NCBI GenBank assembly: GCA_964399575.1
Contig: CAYNRI010000004.1
Coordinates: forward strand, 1 to 62,386
Source of the DNA: an uncultured Rikenellaceae bacterium
GTDB lineage: Bacteria > Bacteroidota > Bacteroidia > Bacteroidales > VadinHA17
DNA length: 62,386 nt
Reading direction: 5' to 3'
Every line of letters begins with the position of its first letter. Within the stretch, counting starts at the first letter, position 1. The translations under genes and the position numbers were made by a program. The notes beneath the pieces were generated by a model that worked only from the letters and a program-made list of their open reading frames with translations, searched no databases and was not told where the DNA came from. Below are positions 8,995 through 17,657 of the stretch, piece after piece.

Positions 8995-10347
8995 TTAACT
9001 CATTTCTTTTATCATCAGATCAAGACCTTTCCGTATTATTGACTGTATCTCGATCTTTGAAGGACAAATAAACTCACAAAGAGCAAAATCCTCTTCAGCG
9101 ACTTCATATATCCCAAGGTTTTCCATCAGATCAATATCCTCAGCAAGTATTGCTTTAAAGAGCTGCATCGGATAAATATCCATCGGAAGCACTTTCTCAT
9201 ATAAGCCGGTCATTACGAAGGCTCTTTCGCCTCCATGGAAATTTGTATCAGGCCTGAACTGTTTTTTTGGCATAAAAGCTGAAGCAAATGTCCTCGAGAA
9301 ACTGAGCTTCCCTGTTCCGGGAAGTGCCCATCCGAAAAATTCAAAGTAATCACCTTCAGGAATCACAGTAAACTGAGAATCGTAATATCCCAGGAATCCT
9401 TCATCAGTTATTCCGGACCCGGTAAGAATATTACCACTTATATATCTCACATTGCCAGGCTTTATATTACCTTCTGCACAAGCTTTTACAGATGAGCCCG
9501 AGAGCATCCTGTAATATTGCGGATGCATAACCTCAGAGCCAGTAAGGGCAATAATTCTTTCGGGCTTATAAATACCTTCAGAGAATAGCCTTCCGATTGC
9601 TATTATGTCCTGCAGATTGACTGTCCAAACCACTTCTCCCTTATTAACAGGATCAATGTGATGGATATGAACTCCCACGTTGCCTGCAGGATGAGGTCCG
9701 GAGAAATAGGAAATCTCAATACCGGCCGCTCCCTTAAGCACCTGTGATGAATCAGCCTTACCGTTAAGAACAAGATGTATTTTGCCGTCAGTAAGTTTCG
9801 TTAATGCGTTGATCCCTGTCTGAAATGATCCGTCAGCATAATTATCAATTACAAAGTCAAGATCCGGAGCAAGAGGAGCCGTGTCAAATCCTGATATGAA
9901 TATCGCTTTCGGGTTTTCAAAGGGTTTAGCAACGATATTGTAGGGTCGCTGCCTTACCGCAGGCCATAGTCCTGATTTCAGCAGCAGCCTTGTCACTTGT
10001 TCACGCGAAAGGGATAAAGGATCCGCCTTCCCGAAACTGATATAATCATCTCCCTGCTTTTCCACCACAACCTCAAGCATCTTCCTGCGGTCACCTCTCT
10101 CAACAGACAGTACTGTGCCGCTTACCGGTGAAGTGAACAGGATATCAGGATTTATTTTATTGTGAAAAAGAGGGCTTCCGGCTTTGACCTGATCGCCGGG
10201 TCTCACATTCAGCTTTGGTATAAGGCCGGGAAAATCTACCGGTTTAACACCAAATTTCGAAGGATTGATATCCCCGGACAGGACTTTTTCAGCAGCTCCC
10301 TGAACCGGGATATCATATCCCTTCTTAAGCTTTATGGATTCAGGCAT
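8995..10347 (-). CDS. nqrA: Na+-NQR subunit A
   Basis: 450-aa soluble NqrA-like protein (IKLKKGYDIP..G, HPAGNVGVHIHH), first gene of the operon. Confidence 0.9.
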   Translation of the reverse strand: MPESIKLKKGYDIPVQGAAEKVLSGDINPSKFGVKPVDFPGLIPKLNVRPGDQVKAGSPLFHNKINPDILFTSPVSGTVLSVERGDRRKMLEVVVEKQGDDYISFGKADPLSLSREQVTRLLLKSGLWPAVRQRPYNIVAKPFENPKAIFISGFDTAPLAPDLDFVIDNYADGSFQTGINALTKLTDGKIHLVLNGKADSSQVLKGAAGIEISYFSGPHPAGNVGVHIHHIDPVNKGEVVWTVNLQDIIAIGRLFSEGIYKPERIIALTGSEVMHPQYYRMLSGSSVKACAEGNIKPGNVRYISGNILTGSGITDEGFLGYYDSQFTVIPEGDYFEFFGWALPGTGKLSFSRTFASAFMPKKQFRPDTNFHGGERAFVMTGLYEKVLPMDIYPMQLFKAILAEDIDLMENLGIYEVAEEDFALCEFICPSKIEIQSIIRKGLDLMIKEMS

Positions 10348-10536
10348 TTGATATTTAGTTAATTATGTCAGATTTGTTCTTTTGAAATTTTGGATCCCTC
10401 AGTATTAATTTGCTGTAGAAAATACCGTTAATCGTTTTTACAAACCAGTCAGCATAAACAAAGAAATAACAAATGCAAAAATAAAAAAGGTTATGACATT
10501 AAAGAATGAGGCCGGGCATGAATAATAATTTTGCAC

Positions 10537-10544
10537 TATTTTTG
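10537..10544 (+). promoter_or_regulatory. -7 promoter box TATTTTTG (TAnnTTTG) for the DUF5103 gene
   Basis: Exact TAnnTTTG match 28 nt upstream of the ATG at 10572. It lies inside the longer track ORF that begins at 10506, which argues for the 10572 start. Confidence 0.35.
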
Positions 10545-10571
10545 TTAACAATTTCCAGATACACAATCCCG

Positions 10572-11861
10572 ATGCAGAAATTTCTTACTATAATTTCAAT
10601 TATACTGTTGTCAGCTATTAATTTACAGGGAATTGATACCGACTCGCCCTATTCTTCCAACGGCGTTTTCGACAACCGAATTAAAAGCGTCCAGCTATAC
10701 AAGGAAGGGTGGAATCTTTCCTATCCTGCACTGAAACTGAATGGAACCGACAGACTTGAACTGCATTTCGATCTGCTTAATGATAACAGTGAGACATATT
10801 ATTATACTTTCTATCACTGTGACAGAAACTGGCAGAGATCAGATATATTCACAAACGAATACCTTGAAGGGTTCCCCGAAAACCCTATAGAAGACTACAG
10901 ACCTTCTTTTAATACGACTGTTGATTATTTCCACTACAGGTTGCTTTTTCCGAATGACCGGGTAAGCTTAAAACGATCAGGCAATTACATTATTTATGTA
11001 TATCCTGCCGACGATCAGGAAAATCCGGTCCTCACACAGCGCTTCATAGTAACAGAAGATGATTCAAGGATCGATATAAAAATGCACAGGCCTCTTATGA
11101 CAACAGATGACAATGCAGGTCAGCAGGTCGATTTTACTGTAAACATATCCGGATTGAACATTATAGATCCTGCAAGGAATATCTATTCATTCATCCTTCA
11201 GAACGGCAGATGGGATAATGCCAAAAAGAACCTTCAGCCTGAAATATCCGGAGGCAATCAGCTTATATACAACTCATTATCTGACAAGAACATCTTCATA
11301 GCCGGAAATGAGTTCAGGTATTTCGACATCAGAAACATTAAATATCTTTCAGAGAATATAGTAAGCATTGACTTTATTCCCCCGAATTATCATTTCTATC
11401 TTAAACCTGTGGAGAGCAGGCAGCTGAAACCCTATTTTTATTACCAGGATTTCAACGGAAAATATTACATAGCAACAAGCCAGGGTAAAGATGCAGACAG
11501 CGATGCAGATTATGTCTATGTATACTTTACACTTAATTCCGATAATGTACCGGCTGGAAGCAGGATCTATGTGACAGGAAGTATGAATGGCTGGTCAGCA
11601 GGGAATGATAACCTGGCAAAATATAACCAGTTAAAAAGGCAGTATGAATGTACAATGCTTCTCAAGCAGGGGTGGTATAATTACGAATATTCGCTTCAAA
11701 GTAAAGCAGGAGCTCCTCTCTTGTCTGCAGAATTCGAAGGAAGCTATTATGAGACTGAGAACGACTACCTTGTACTTGTTTATTACAGGGGTCCGGGTGA
11801 CCGTTACGACAGACTGATAACAACTGGCTCCGCCAACACGCTCAACCACCTCTCCTATTGA
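10572..11861 (+). CDS. DUF5103-family protein (the family called the T9SS plug protein)
   Basis: From M23 it has a signal peptide (MQKFLTIISIILLSAINLQG). I recognise IKSVQLYKEGWNLSYPALKLNGTDRLELHFDLL...YYYTFYHCDRNWQRS...EYLEGF...SGNYIIYVY as the DUF5103 pattern. Recalled from memory, not searched. Confidence 0.55.
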   Translation: MQKFLTIISIILLSAINLQGIDTDSPYSSNGVFDNRIKSVQLYKEGWNLSYPALKLNGTDRLELHFDLLNDNSETYYYTFYHCDRNWQRSDIFTNEYLEGFPENPIEDYRPSFNTTVDYFHYRLLFPNDRVSLKRSGNYIIYVYPADDQENPVLTQRFIVTEDDSRIDIKMHRPLMTTDDNAGQQVDFTVNISGLNIIDPARNIYSFILQNGRWDNAKKNLQPEISGGNQLIYNSLSDKNIFIAGNEFRYFDIRNIKYLSENIVSIDFIPPNYHFYLKPVESRQLKPYFYYQDFNGKYYIATSQGKDADSDADYVYVYFTLNSDNVPAGSRIYVTGSMNGWSAGNDNLAKYNQLKRQYECTMLLKQGWYNYEYSLQSKAGAPLLSAEFEGSYYETENDYLVLVYYRGPGDRYDRLITTGSANTLNHLSY

Positions 11862-12370
11862 TGTTTACCATGTACATCGATCCCATGCTGCATCAGGATA
11901 GCATGCTTCAGGGTCTTCAGTATCTCATCCATATATTCATCAACAGCTTTTACTGATCCCGGCAGCGTGTAAATAAGTGATTTCCCTATAACTCCTGCAA
12001 CACTCCTGCTAAGGAGGGCATTAGGTTTTTCAGTGCCGTATCTTATCCTGATATATTCCATTATACCCGGGATCTCTTTTTTTAGGAGCGGCCGCACTGT
12101 GTCAGTTGTAATGTCATTTGGCCCAATACCTGTCCCTCCTGTTGTTAATATGATATTACAATTTCCCGACGCGTTCACAAGGATATCCCTCAGCCTGACT
12201 GCATCATCCGGAATAAGTTCCATCTTAAAACCAGCGGTCCATCCTTCTGTACGAAAGAATTCTTTCAGCCTTTCCCTTACAACAGGACCGCTAAGATCAT
12301 TGTATTCACCTCTGTAAGCCCTGTCACTCAGCGTTATTACAAGAACTTCAAATTTATCAGGCAGGTTCAT
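11855..12370 (-). CDS. mogA: MogA/MoaB-type molybdopterin adenylyltransferase
   Basis: VITLSDR...G.Y.D.SGP, TTGGTGIGPNDIT and LPGS.KAV motifs. ATGA overlap with moaC. Confidence 0.8.
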   Translation of the reverse strand: MNLPDKFEVLVITLSDRAYRGEYNDLSGPVVRERLKEFFRTEGWTAGFKMELIPDDAVRLRDILVNASGNCNIILTTGGTGIGPNDITTDTVRPLLKKEIPGIMEYIRIRYGTEKPNALLSRSVAGVIGKSLIYTLPGSVKAVDEYMDEILKTLKHAILMQHGIDVHGKHQ

Positions 12371-12813
12371 TGTTTTTTCTTTTCGATCAGTTCAATTTTT
12401 TCTATTACCATGGACTTATCAACGGCCTTGCACATATCATAAACTGTAAGCAAAGCCACAGCCACTGAGGTGAGAGCTTCCATCTCAGCTCCGGTCTTTC
12501 CGGTGCATTTAACTTCACTTTCAGCTATGACACAACAACCGTCTGACCGGAGATTTACTTTTATGCTGTCAAGGACTATATTATGGCATAAAGGTATCAG
12601 GGCGGCAGTCTCCTTGGCGGCATTGATACCTGCAATCTGAGCGACAGTAAGCACATCGCCCTTCTTAAGCTGATTTTCGCTTATCATCCTTAGGGTCTCC
12701 GGGGCAAGCCTTATGCTGCCGCAGGCCTTTGCTATCCTTGTCCGGACTGTCTTACTCCCGACATCCACCATCCTGGCTTTGCCGTCTTTATCAATATGAG
12801 TCATTTCTTTCAT
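12367..12813 (-). CDS. moaC: Cyclic pyranopterin monophosphate synthase MoaC
   Basis: THID..G.ARMVDVG.K, IPLCHNI, GKTG.EMEALT and TVYDMCKA motifs. Confidence 0.9.
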   Translation of the reverse strand: MKEMTHIDKDGKARMVDVGSKTVRTRIAKACGSIRLAPETLRMISENQLKKGDVLTVAQIAGINAAKETAALIPLCHNIVLDSIKVNLRSDGCCVIAESEVKCTGKTGAEMEALTSVAVALLTVYDMCKAVDKSMVIEKIELIEKKKQ

Positions 12814-12815
12814 TG

Positions 12816-13616
12816 TCAGCCTCCTATATTATAAAACCTTCCTGTCAGATTTCTTACTCCGCATTCAGGCTTCATCTGTATAGCTTCCTGAATGGCTCTC
12901 TCATAACCTGTTTTTCTTATATCTATTTCAATATCACTGAAAAGGCATGGTTTAAGCTTACCGTTGGCTGTAAGCCTGAGCCGGTTGCATGACGAACATC
13001 TGCCGCCTTCTCCCCCCTCCACAGGAAAGAAATGACCGTTTACCAGATCCATCTGACGTATATACCTTATTGCCAGTCCCTTCTTATAACAGTAATCCGT
13101 TACCTCCTTTGCGTCTTTTTCTTCAATTGATTCACGTATAACACAATTGATCTTTACCGGAGTCAATCCTGCTCTTATTGCAGCATCTATACCTTCAATA
13201 ACATCTTCAACGTTCCCTCCTCTGGTGACAGCAGCAAAACGTTCCTTGCTGACAGAATCGAGGCTGACATTTACCCTGTGCAGACCAGCCTCTTTCAGAT
13301 CATCGGCAAAATCCTTAAGGAGGACTCCATTTGTTGTCATCGAAAGATCCTTTATCCCATCTATGGCTGCTATCATCCTTACCAATACAGCAATATCCCT
13401 TCTTACAAGAGGTTCTCCTCCTGTTATCCTGACTTTCTTAATGCCGGTTTTAACAGCGAACCGGGTAAATTCAGCAATCTCATTGAATGAAAGGATATCC
13501 TCATGCCTGAGTAAATTGACTCCTTCTTCCGGCATACAATAAACACACCTGAGATTACAACGGTCAGTGACCGATATACGCAGGTAGTCTATAGATCTGT
13601 TAAACCTGTCTAACAC
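12816..13616 (-). CDS. moaA: GTP 3',8-cyclase MoaA, unusually compact (266 aa), GTG start
   Basis: Radical-SAM motif YLRISVTDRCNLRCVYCMP, auxiliary-cluster cysteines CSSCNRLRLTANGKLKPC, and the C-terminal GG typical of MoaA. The start codon is GTG at 13616 with no in-frame ATG nearby. Confidence 0.85.
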   Translation of the reverse strand: MLDRFNRSIDYLRISVTDRCNLRCVYCMPEEGVNLLRHEDILSFNEIAEFTRFAVKTGIKKVRITGGEPLVRRDIAVLVRMIAAIDGIKDLSMTTNGVLLKDFADDLKEAGLHRVNVSLDSVSKERFAAVTRGGNVEDVIEGIDAAIRAGLTPVKINCVIRESIEEKDAKEVTDYCYKKGLAIRYIRQMDLVNGHFFPVEGGEGGRCSSCNRLRLTANGKLKPCLFSDIEIDIRKTGYERAIQEAIQMKPECGVRNLTGRFYNIGG

Positions 13617-14775
13617 TTACAAAAGCTCCTTTCTCTATTGTATTCCTTCCCAACGGGATCATAATAATGCCATCTGCAAACGGGATTGCTGATATATGTG
13701 CAGACCCGTGATATTCAACCGGCAATACCATATTATCTTCAGTAATGACCACAGGTATCAGGCCCATTCTCTCTGAAGACCTCCTGATATACTTTTCTTT
13801 CATAGGCAGGTTGATCATTACAGGATCCCAGGAAGATCCCATTATTTTATATATCAGCGGCCTCACAAGCAATTCAAATTGCATGAAAGATGAGACCGGA
13901 TTTCCCGGTAGTCCGAAAACGACAGCATCCTGATGAAGGCCGAAAGTTGTCGGTTTACCGGGCTGAACAGCAATCCGGTCAAATTGTATTTTTACACCTG
14001 CTTTCATAAATACTGAAGGAACAAAATCAAAATCACCCATAGATACACCGCCTGTAAGGATCACGATATCATTCTCTTCAATTGCTTTTCTGACAACTGC
14101 AAGAGTTTCATCTTCATCATCCTTTACTATTCCATAATACCTTCCGGATGCTCCGGCTCTTTCAATCTGCGCCATAAGCTGGTAAGAGTTACTGTCCCTT
14201 ACCTGTGAGCCTGCAGGCGTCGAATACGGTTCAATAAGTTCGCTCCCGGTACTGATAACAGCCACTTCGGGCATTCTGCTTACTACAACCGATGTATTAC
14301 CTGTTGAAGCCAGTACAGCAATATCTTCCGGTTTGATAATTCTTCCCTGCCTGAGCACCACAGCTCCCTTTTTCACATCTTCTCCCTTGTATGAGATATT
14401 ATCTTTAATAAGCGGATTCGTTATCCTTATCAATCCGGTTGAAAGTGTCTCCGTATCCTCTACCATAATAACACAATCAGCTCCTGCCGGCACCATTGCC
14501 CCTGTCATGATCCTTGAGCATTGCCCGCTTCCAATCTCCTTAAGCGGGGATTTGCCTGCAGGGATAGTCTCAATTACCTCAAGATCAACATTCATATCAG
14601 CTTTCCTTGCAGCAAATCCATCCATTGAGGATCTGTCGAAAGAAGGCATATCGATATCACTTGACACATCCGAGGCAAGTACCCTGCCCAGGGACCTGGT
14701 AAACGGGACTGTTTCCTTTTCAACCCGCTTTTCTGCTGCCATAACAATGCTTAAAGCTTTGTCAAAACTTATCAT
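13600..14775 (-). CDS. moeA: Molybdopterin molybdenum/tungsten transferase MoeA
   Basis: SP.D.SSMDGFA, GD...P.G.R, ILTGGVSMGDFD and QPGKP motifs. Confidence 0.85.
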   Translation of the reverse strand: MISFDKALSIVMAAEKRVEKETVPFTRSLGRVLASDVSSDIDMPSFDRSSMDGFAARKADMNVDLEVIETIPAGKSPLKEIGSGQCSRIMTGAMVPAGADCVIMVEDTETLSTGLIRITNPLIKDNISYKGEDVKKGAVVLRQGRIIKPEDIAVLASTGNTSVVVSRMPEVAVISTGSELIEPYSTPAGSQVRDSNSYQLMAQIERAGASGRYYGIVKDDEDETLAVVRKAIEENDIVILTGGVSMGDFDFVPSVFMKAGVKIQFDRIAVQPGKPTTFGLHQDAVVFGLPGNPVSSFMQFELLVRPLIYKIMGSSWDPVMINLPMKEKYIRRSSERMGLIPVVITEDNMVLPVEYHGSAHISAIPFADGIIMIPLGRNTIEKGAFVSVRQV

Positions 14776-15851
14776 ATTGGTTCTTTTCTTGAGAAAACTA
14801 TCGGAGCCTCAGAAGAAAATGTTATCCACACTTCAGATAGCTCTTTAATATTTAGTTCCTTAAATTCACTACTCTTAATTTCGGCGTGTATGATCTCACC
14901 TGCATCAAGGCTTATTTCCATCCCTGTCTCTGAAGGATAAATTTCCCTGACAACAGCTCTGAACATATTCTTCTGATTATAACCTGCTGACAATATATTT
15001 AAAATTTTTACTTCTTCACTCCTTATAGCCAGCAGTCCTTCCTGAGGGTAGTCTCCTGACGAAATACTGATCATCATCTTATTCCCTGTCAAGGCTTTCC
15101 ATGAACCATCCTCGGTATAAAGTTTTACACTGAAGAAATTCCTTATGCCGGCATATCGTGCTATAAACTCATTTGAAGGCCGTATGAAAACCTCATCTGG
15201 TTTTCCTTCCTGAATTATACGGCCGTTATGCAGGACCCCAACTCTTGCAGCAAGGCTTATTGCCTCCCTGTAATCGTGAGTGACATGTAAAATTGTTAAT
15301 CCATCAGCGTTCAGCTTCCTGAATATCTTCCTTATATCGTCCTTCAGGCTTGCATCAACAGAAGCCATCGGTTCATCAAGAAGAAGAAGCTTCGGAGCTG
15401 TTATGAGTGTTCTGGCAAGAGCTACACGCTGCAGCTCACCTGCTGACAGATTATGTGTTAAACGGTCAAGCAGATCATGAATATTCAGCCTTTCAGCTGC
15501 CTCAGCAACCATTTTACCTATGTCGGCATGGCTGTACTTTCTGCAGCGCAAAGGGAATGAGATATTCCCGGACACCGTCATATTCGGAAAAACAGCAAAA
15601 TCCTGGAACATCAGCCCTATATTGCGGTCCTGTATCCTGGCTTTTGTGACATTCTTCCCAGCTATCCTTATCTCACCTGAATCAGGGACATTCAATCCGG
15701 CTATCAGTTCCAGGAGCTGTGACTTACCTGAACCTGACCTGCCGAGTAGGACAAAATATGCACCTTCAGGGATGTCGAGATTGATTCCTGAGAGAGCAAA
15801 ATCGCCCAGCTTCTTATTTACATCAATCAGTTTCAGCATGAGGACGGGCAT
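14772..15851 (-). CDS. ABC transporter ATP-binding protein (molybdate/tungstate type, C-terminal TOBE-like domain)
   Basis: Walker A GRSGSGKS, signature LSAGELQRV, Walker B LLLDEP, plus a roughly 120-aa C-terminal extension. An alternative ATG at 15839 would give MLKLIDV. Confidence 0.8.
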   Translation of the reverse strand: MPVLMLKLIDVNKKLGDFALSGINLDIPEGAYFVLLGRSGSGKSQLLELIAGLNVPDSGEIRIAGKNVTKARIQDRNIGLMFQDFAVFPNMTVSGNISFPLRCRKYSHADIGKMVAEAAERLNIHDLLDRLTHNLSAGELQRVALARTLITAPKLLLLDEPMASVDASLKDDIRKIFRKLNADGLTILHVTHDYREAISLAARVGVLHNGRIIQEGKPDEVFIRPSNEFIARYAGIRNFFSVKLYTEDGSWKALTGNKMMISISSGDYPQEGLLAIRSEEVKILNILSAGYNQKNMFRAVVREIYPSETGMEISLDAGEIIHAEIKSSEFKELNIKELSEVWITFSSEAPIVFSRKEPI

Positions 15852-16632
15852 TCAGATGATTTTTTCCTGCAGGTATAAGCCTGAGTATTATGAAAACTGC
15901 CAGTGCAATTATTATGAACAATACTGAAGCAGGCCTTGCATATTTAAGTCCGAAAGAAGTGAATCTGTCATAAATCATTACAGGGGCTATCATCGGGTGA
16001 TAGGCAATTATAACAACTGCTCCGAATTCACTCATTCCCCTGGCAAACATAAGGACGAATCCCGATGTAATATTACGCCATGCAAGAGGCAGTGAGATGC
16101 TGAAAAATACTCTTGACTGGCTTGCACCGAGAGTCAGGGCGGCTTTTTCAAGACGTTCGGGAACCGAGGCGAATCCGTCGCGAGCAGAATTGATAAGGAA
16201 AGGCAGGCTTACGAAGGCCATTGCAAGAGCAATTCCTGCAGGCCTGTTGATAAAAGTAAGTCCTACAGAATCAGCAACTTTACCCAGGAAACCATCGCGG
16301 GAGATAAAACCGAGCACTGCAATTCCTGCTGCAGTATGGGGCAAAACGACAGGAAGATCGATTATCCCCTGCACTAATCCTTTAAAAGGGAATTTCTTCC
16401 TTGCAAGCACCCATGCGAGCGGCACTGCCCCGATAGCAAAAAAGAAAGTCGCGGCAAAGGAGACCCAGAGGGTAAGCCAGATACTCTGCTGCACATCCTT
16501 ATCACCGACAGTCTCTAGCAGCTCAGAACCTTCTGTATGAAGGAACATGCCTGTTAGCGGTGCCAGAATGAAGAGCAGCACCAGCGATGACAGGATAAGC
16601 AGTATCCAGTTAAATGGGCTATTCTTTAGCAT
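15823..16632 (-). CDS. ABC transporter permease (ModB/WtpB-like)
   Basis: Polytopic permease with an EAA-like loop (LEKAALTLGASQSRVFFSISLP). The track start at 16701 is GTG; the first ATG (16632, MLKNSPFNW) leaves a 14-nt overlap with the binding-protein gene. Confidence 0.75.
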   Translation of the reverse strand: MLKNSPFNWILLILSSLVLLFILAPLTGMFLHTEGSELLETVGDKDVQQSIWLTLWVSFAATFFFAIGAVPLAWVLARKKFPFKGLVQGIIDLPVVLPHTAAGIAVLGFISRDGFLGKVADSVGLTFINRPAGIALAMAFVSLPFLINSARDGFASVPERLEKAALTLGASQSRVFFSISLPLAWRNITSGFVLMFARGMSEFGAVVIIAYHPMIAPVMIYDRFTSFGLKYARPASVLFIIIALAVFIILRLIPAGKNHLNARPHAETD

Positions 16633-17599
16633 CAGCAGGTTTTTCTTTCCCGGATCCAAGGTATTTTCTGAGTATTTCAGGTACAAGATCCGTTTGTTCA
16701 CTTATTAAAGGCGTTAACGGATCCTGCCCGTTCCTCCTGAATATTTCAATACCTTCCGGGCTGAGCAGGAAAGATACAAAATCCATTGCCGCCTCCTCAT
16801 TGGGAGCATCTTTTAGTACAGTCAGACTGTAATTAATATATTCACCCCTGACAGTCATCCTGCTTCCGGGCGAACTTCCCGTAACTTCAAGTGAGACAGA
16901 ACTGTACAAAGAGTCATAAGCAGGATTACCAAGATTGATCTCCGAAGGCAGTACTACATAGTTCAGTCCGTGTTGTATTGCAACCGATTTATACTGGAAC
17001 ATATAATCAATTGAATTTGATTCAATCAGAACGACAAGATCAACCTCTTTCGGTCGAATGAACTCCCTGTTTTTTATAGTCATTTTATCTGCCAGACCGT
17101 TCACTCCGTAGTGTTTTTCGGCAAGCTTTAAGAGCATTACGGTTCTGTATCCGCAAGGATCGGCATCAGGGTCAGACCTTCCGAAAATGACGTCATCCCT
17201 CATAAGAATATCGTACCAGTTTTCAGAACTTATCTCATCTGAATACTTTGCTTTTGACTGAAAGGCTATCACTAATTCATTTGTTGCAAACCGCACTGCC
17301 CAGGATGCATATTCAGGTATCAGAAGCTCATCAATTACAACATAATCTGCAGATGCAACTATGTCGCATGGCCTTTTCAGCTCTGTCACTTTACGGGCAC
17401 AGACAAGGCTGCCGGCAGGTTCAGAAAGTACCCTTATACCAGGGTTTTTCTCCTGATAGATATCAGCGATCTCCTTAAAAGGGACAGACAGGCTCCCTGC
17501 ATGAAAAATTATTATTTCTCCTGTCCTTTTATTCGCGAGCGATATACATCCCGTGAGTGAACAGGCGGCTAAAAAAATCAGAATGACAGTCCTCTTCAA
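16619..17599 (-). CDS. Periplasmic oxyanion-binding lipoprotein, WtpA-like (tungstate/molybdate)
   Basis: Lipobox LAACSLTGC. The pattern IIIFHAGSLSVPF...AGS...ARKV......CDIVASADY resembles the WtpA/ModA class as I recall it. TTG start at 17599, no in-frame ATG. Confidence 0.65.
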   Translation of the reverse strand: MKRTVILIFLAACSLTGCISLANKRTGEIIIFHAGSLSVPFKEIADIYQEKNPGIRVLSEPAGSLVCARKVTELKRPCDIVASADYVVIDELLIPEYASWAVRFATNELVIAFQSKAKYSDEISSENWYDILMRDDVIFGRSDPDADPCGYRTVMLLKLAEKHYGVNGLADKMTIKNREFIRPKEVDLVVLIESNSIDYMFQYKSVAIQHGLNYVVLPSEINLGNPAYDSLYSSVSLEVTGSSPGSRMTVRGEYINYSLTVLKDAPNEEAAMDFVSFLLSPEGIEIFRRNGQDPLTPLISEQTDLVPEILRKYLGSGKEKPADAKE

Positions 17600-17657
17600 A
17601 CAGCCTATATATTATTATACGTAAAAAATGACCTGCAAGTTAGGTAATGCAGCCTGT

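Noticed and set aside
14823-14831. Perfect DnaA-box 9-mer TTATCCACA.
   Set aside because: It is a single copy inside the ABC ATPase coding region. There is no cluster, no AT-rich unwinding element and no dnaA or dnaN nearby. One such match in 62 kb on two strands is expected by chance.
17633-17652. Hairpin CTGCA(10 nt)TGCAG followed by a T-run on the minus strand, between the AOR and wtpA-like genes.
   Set aside because: The stem is only 5 bp with a 10-nt loop, too weak to call a terminator. At most it is a partial attenuator, and I still treat AOR and the transporter genes as one unit.
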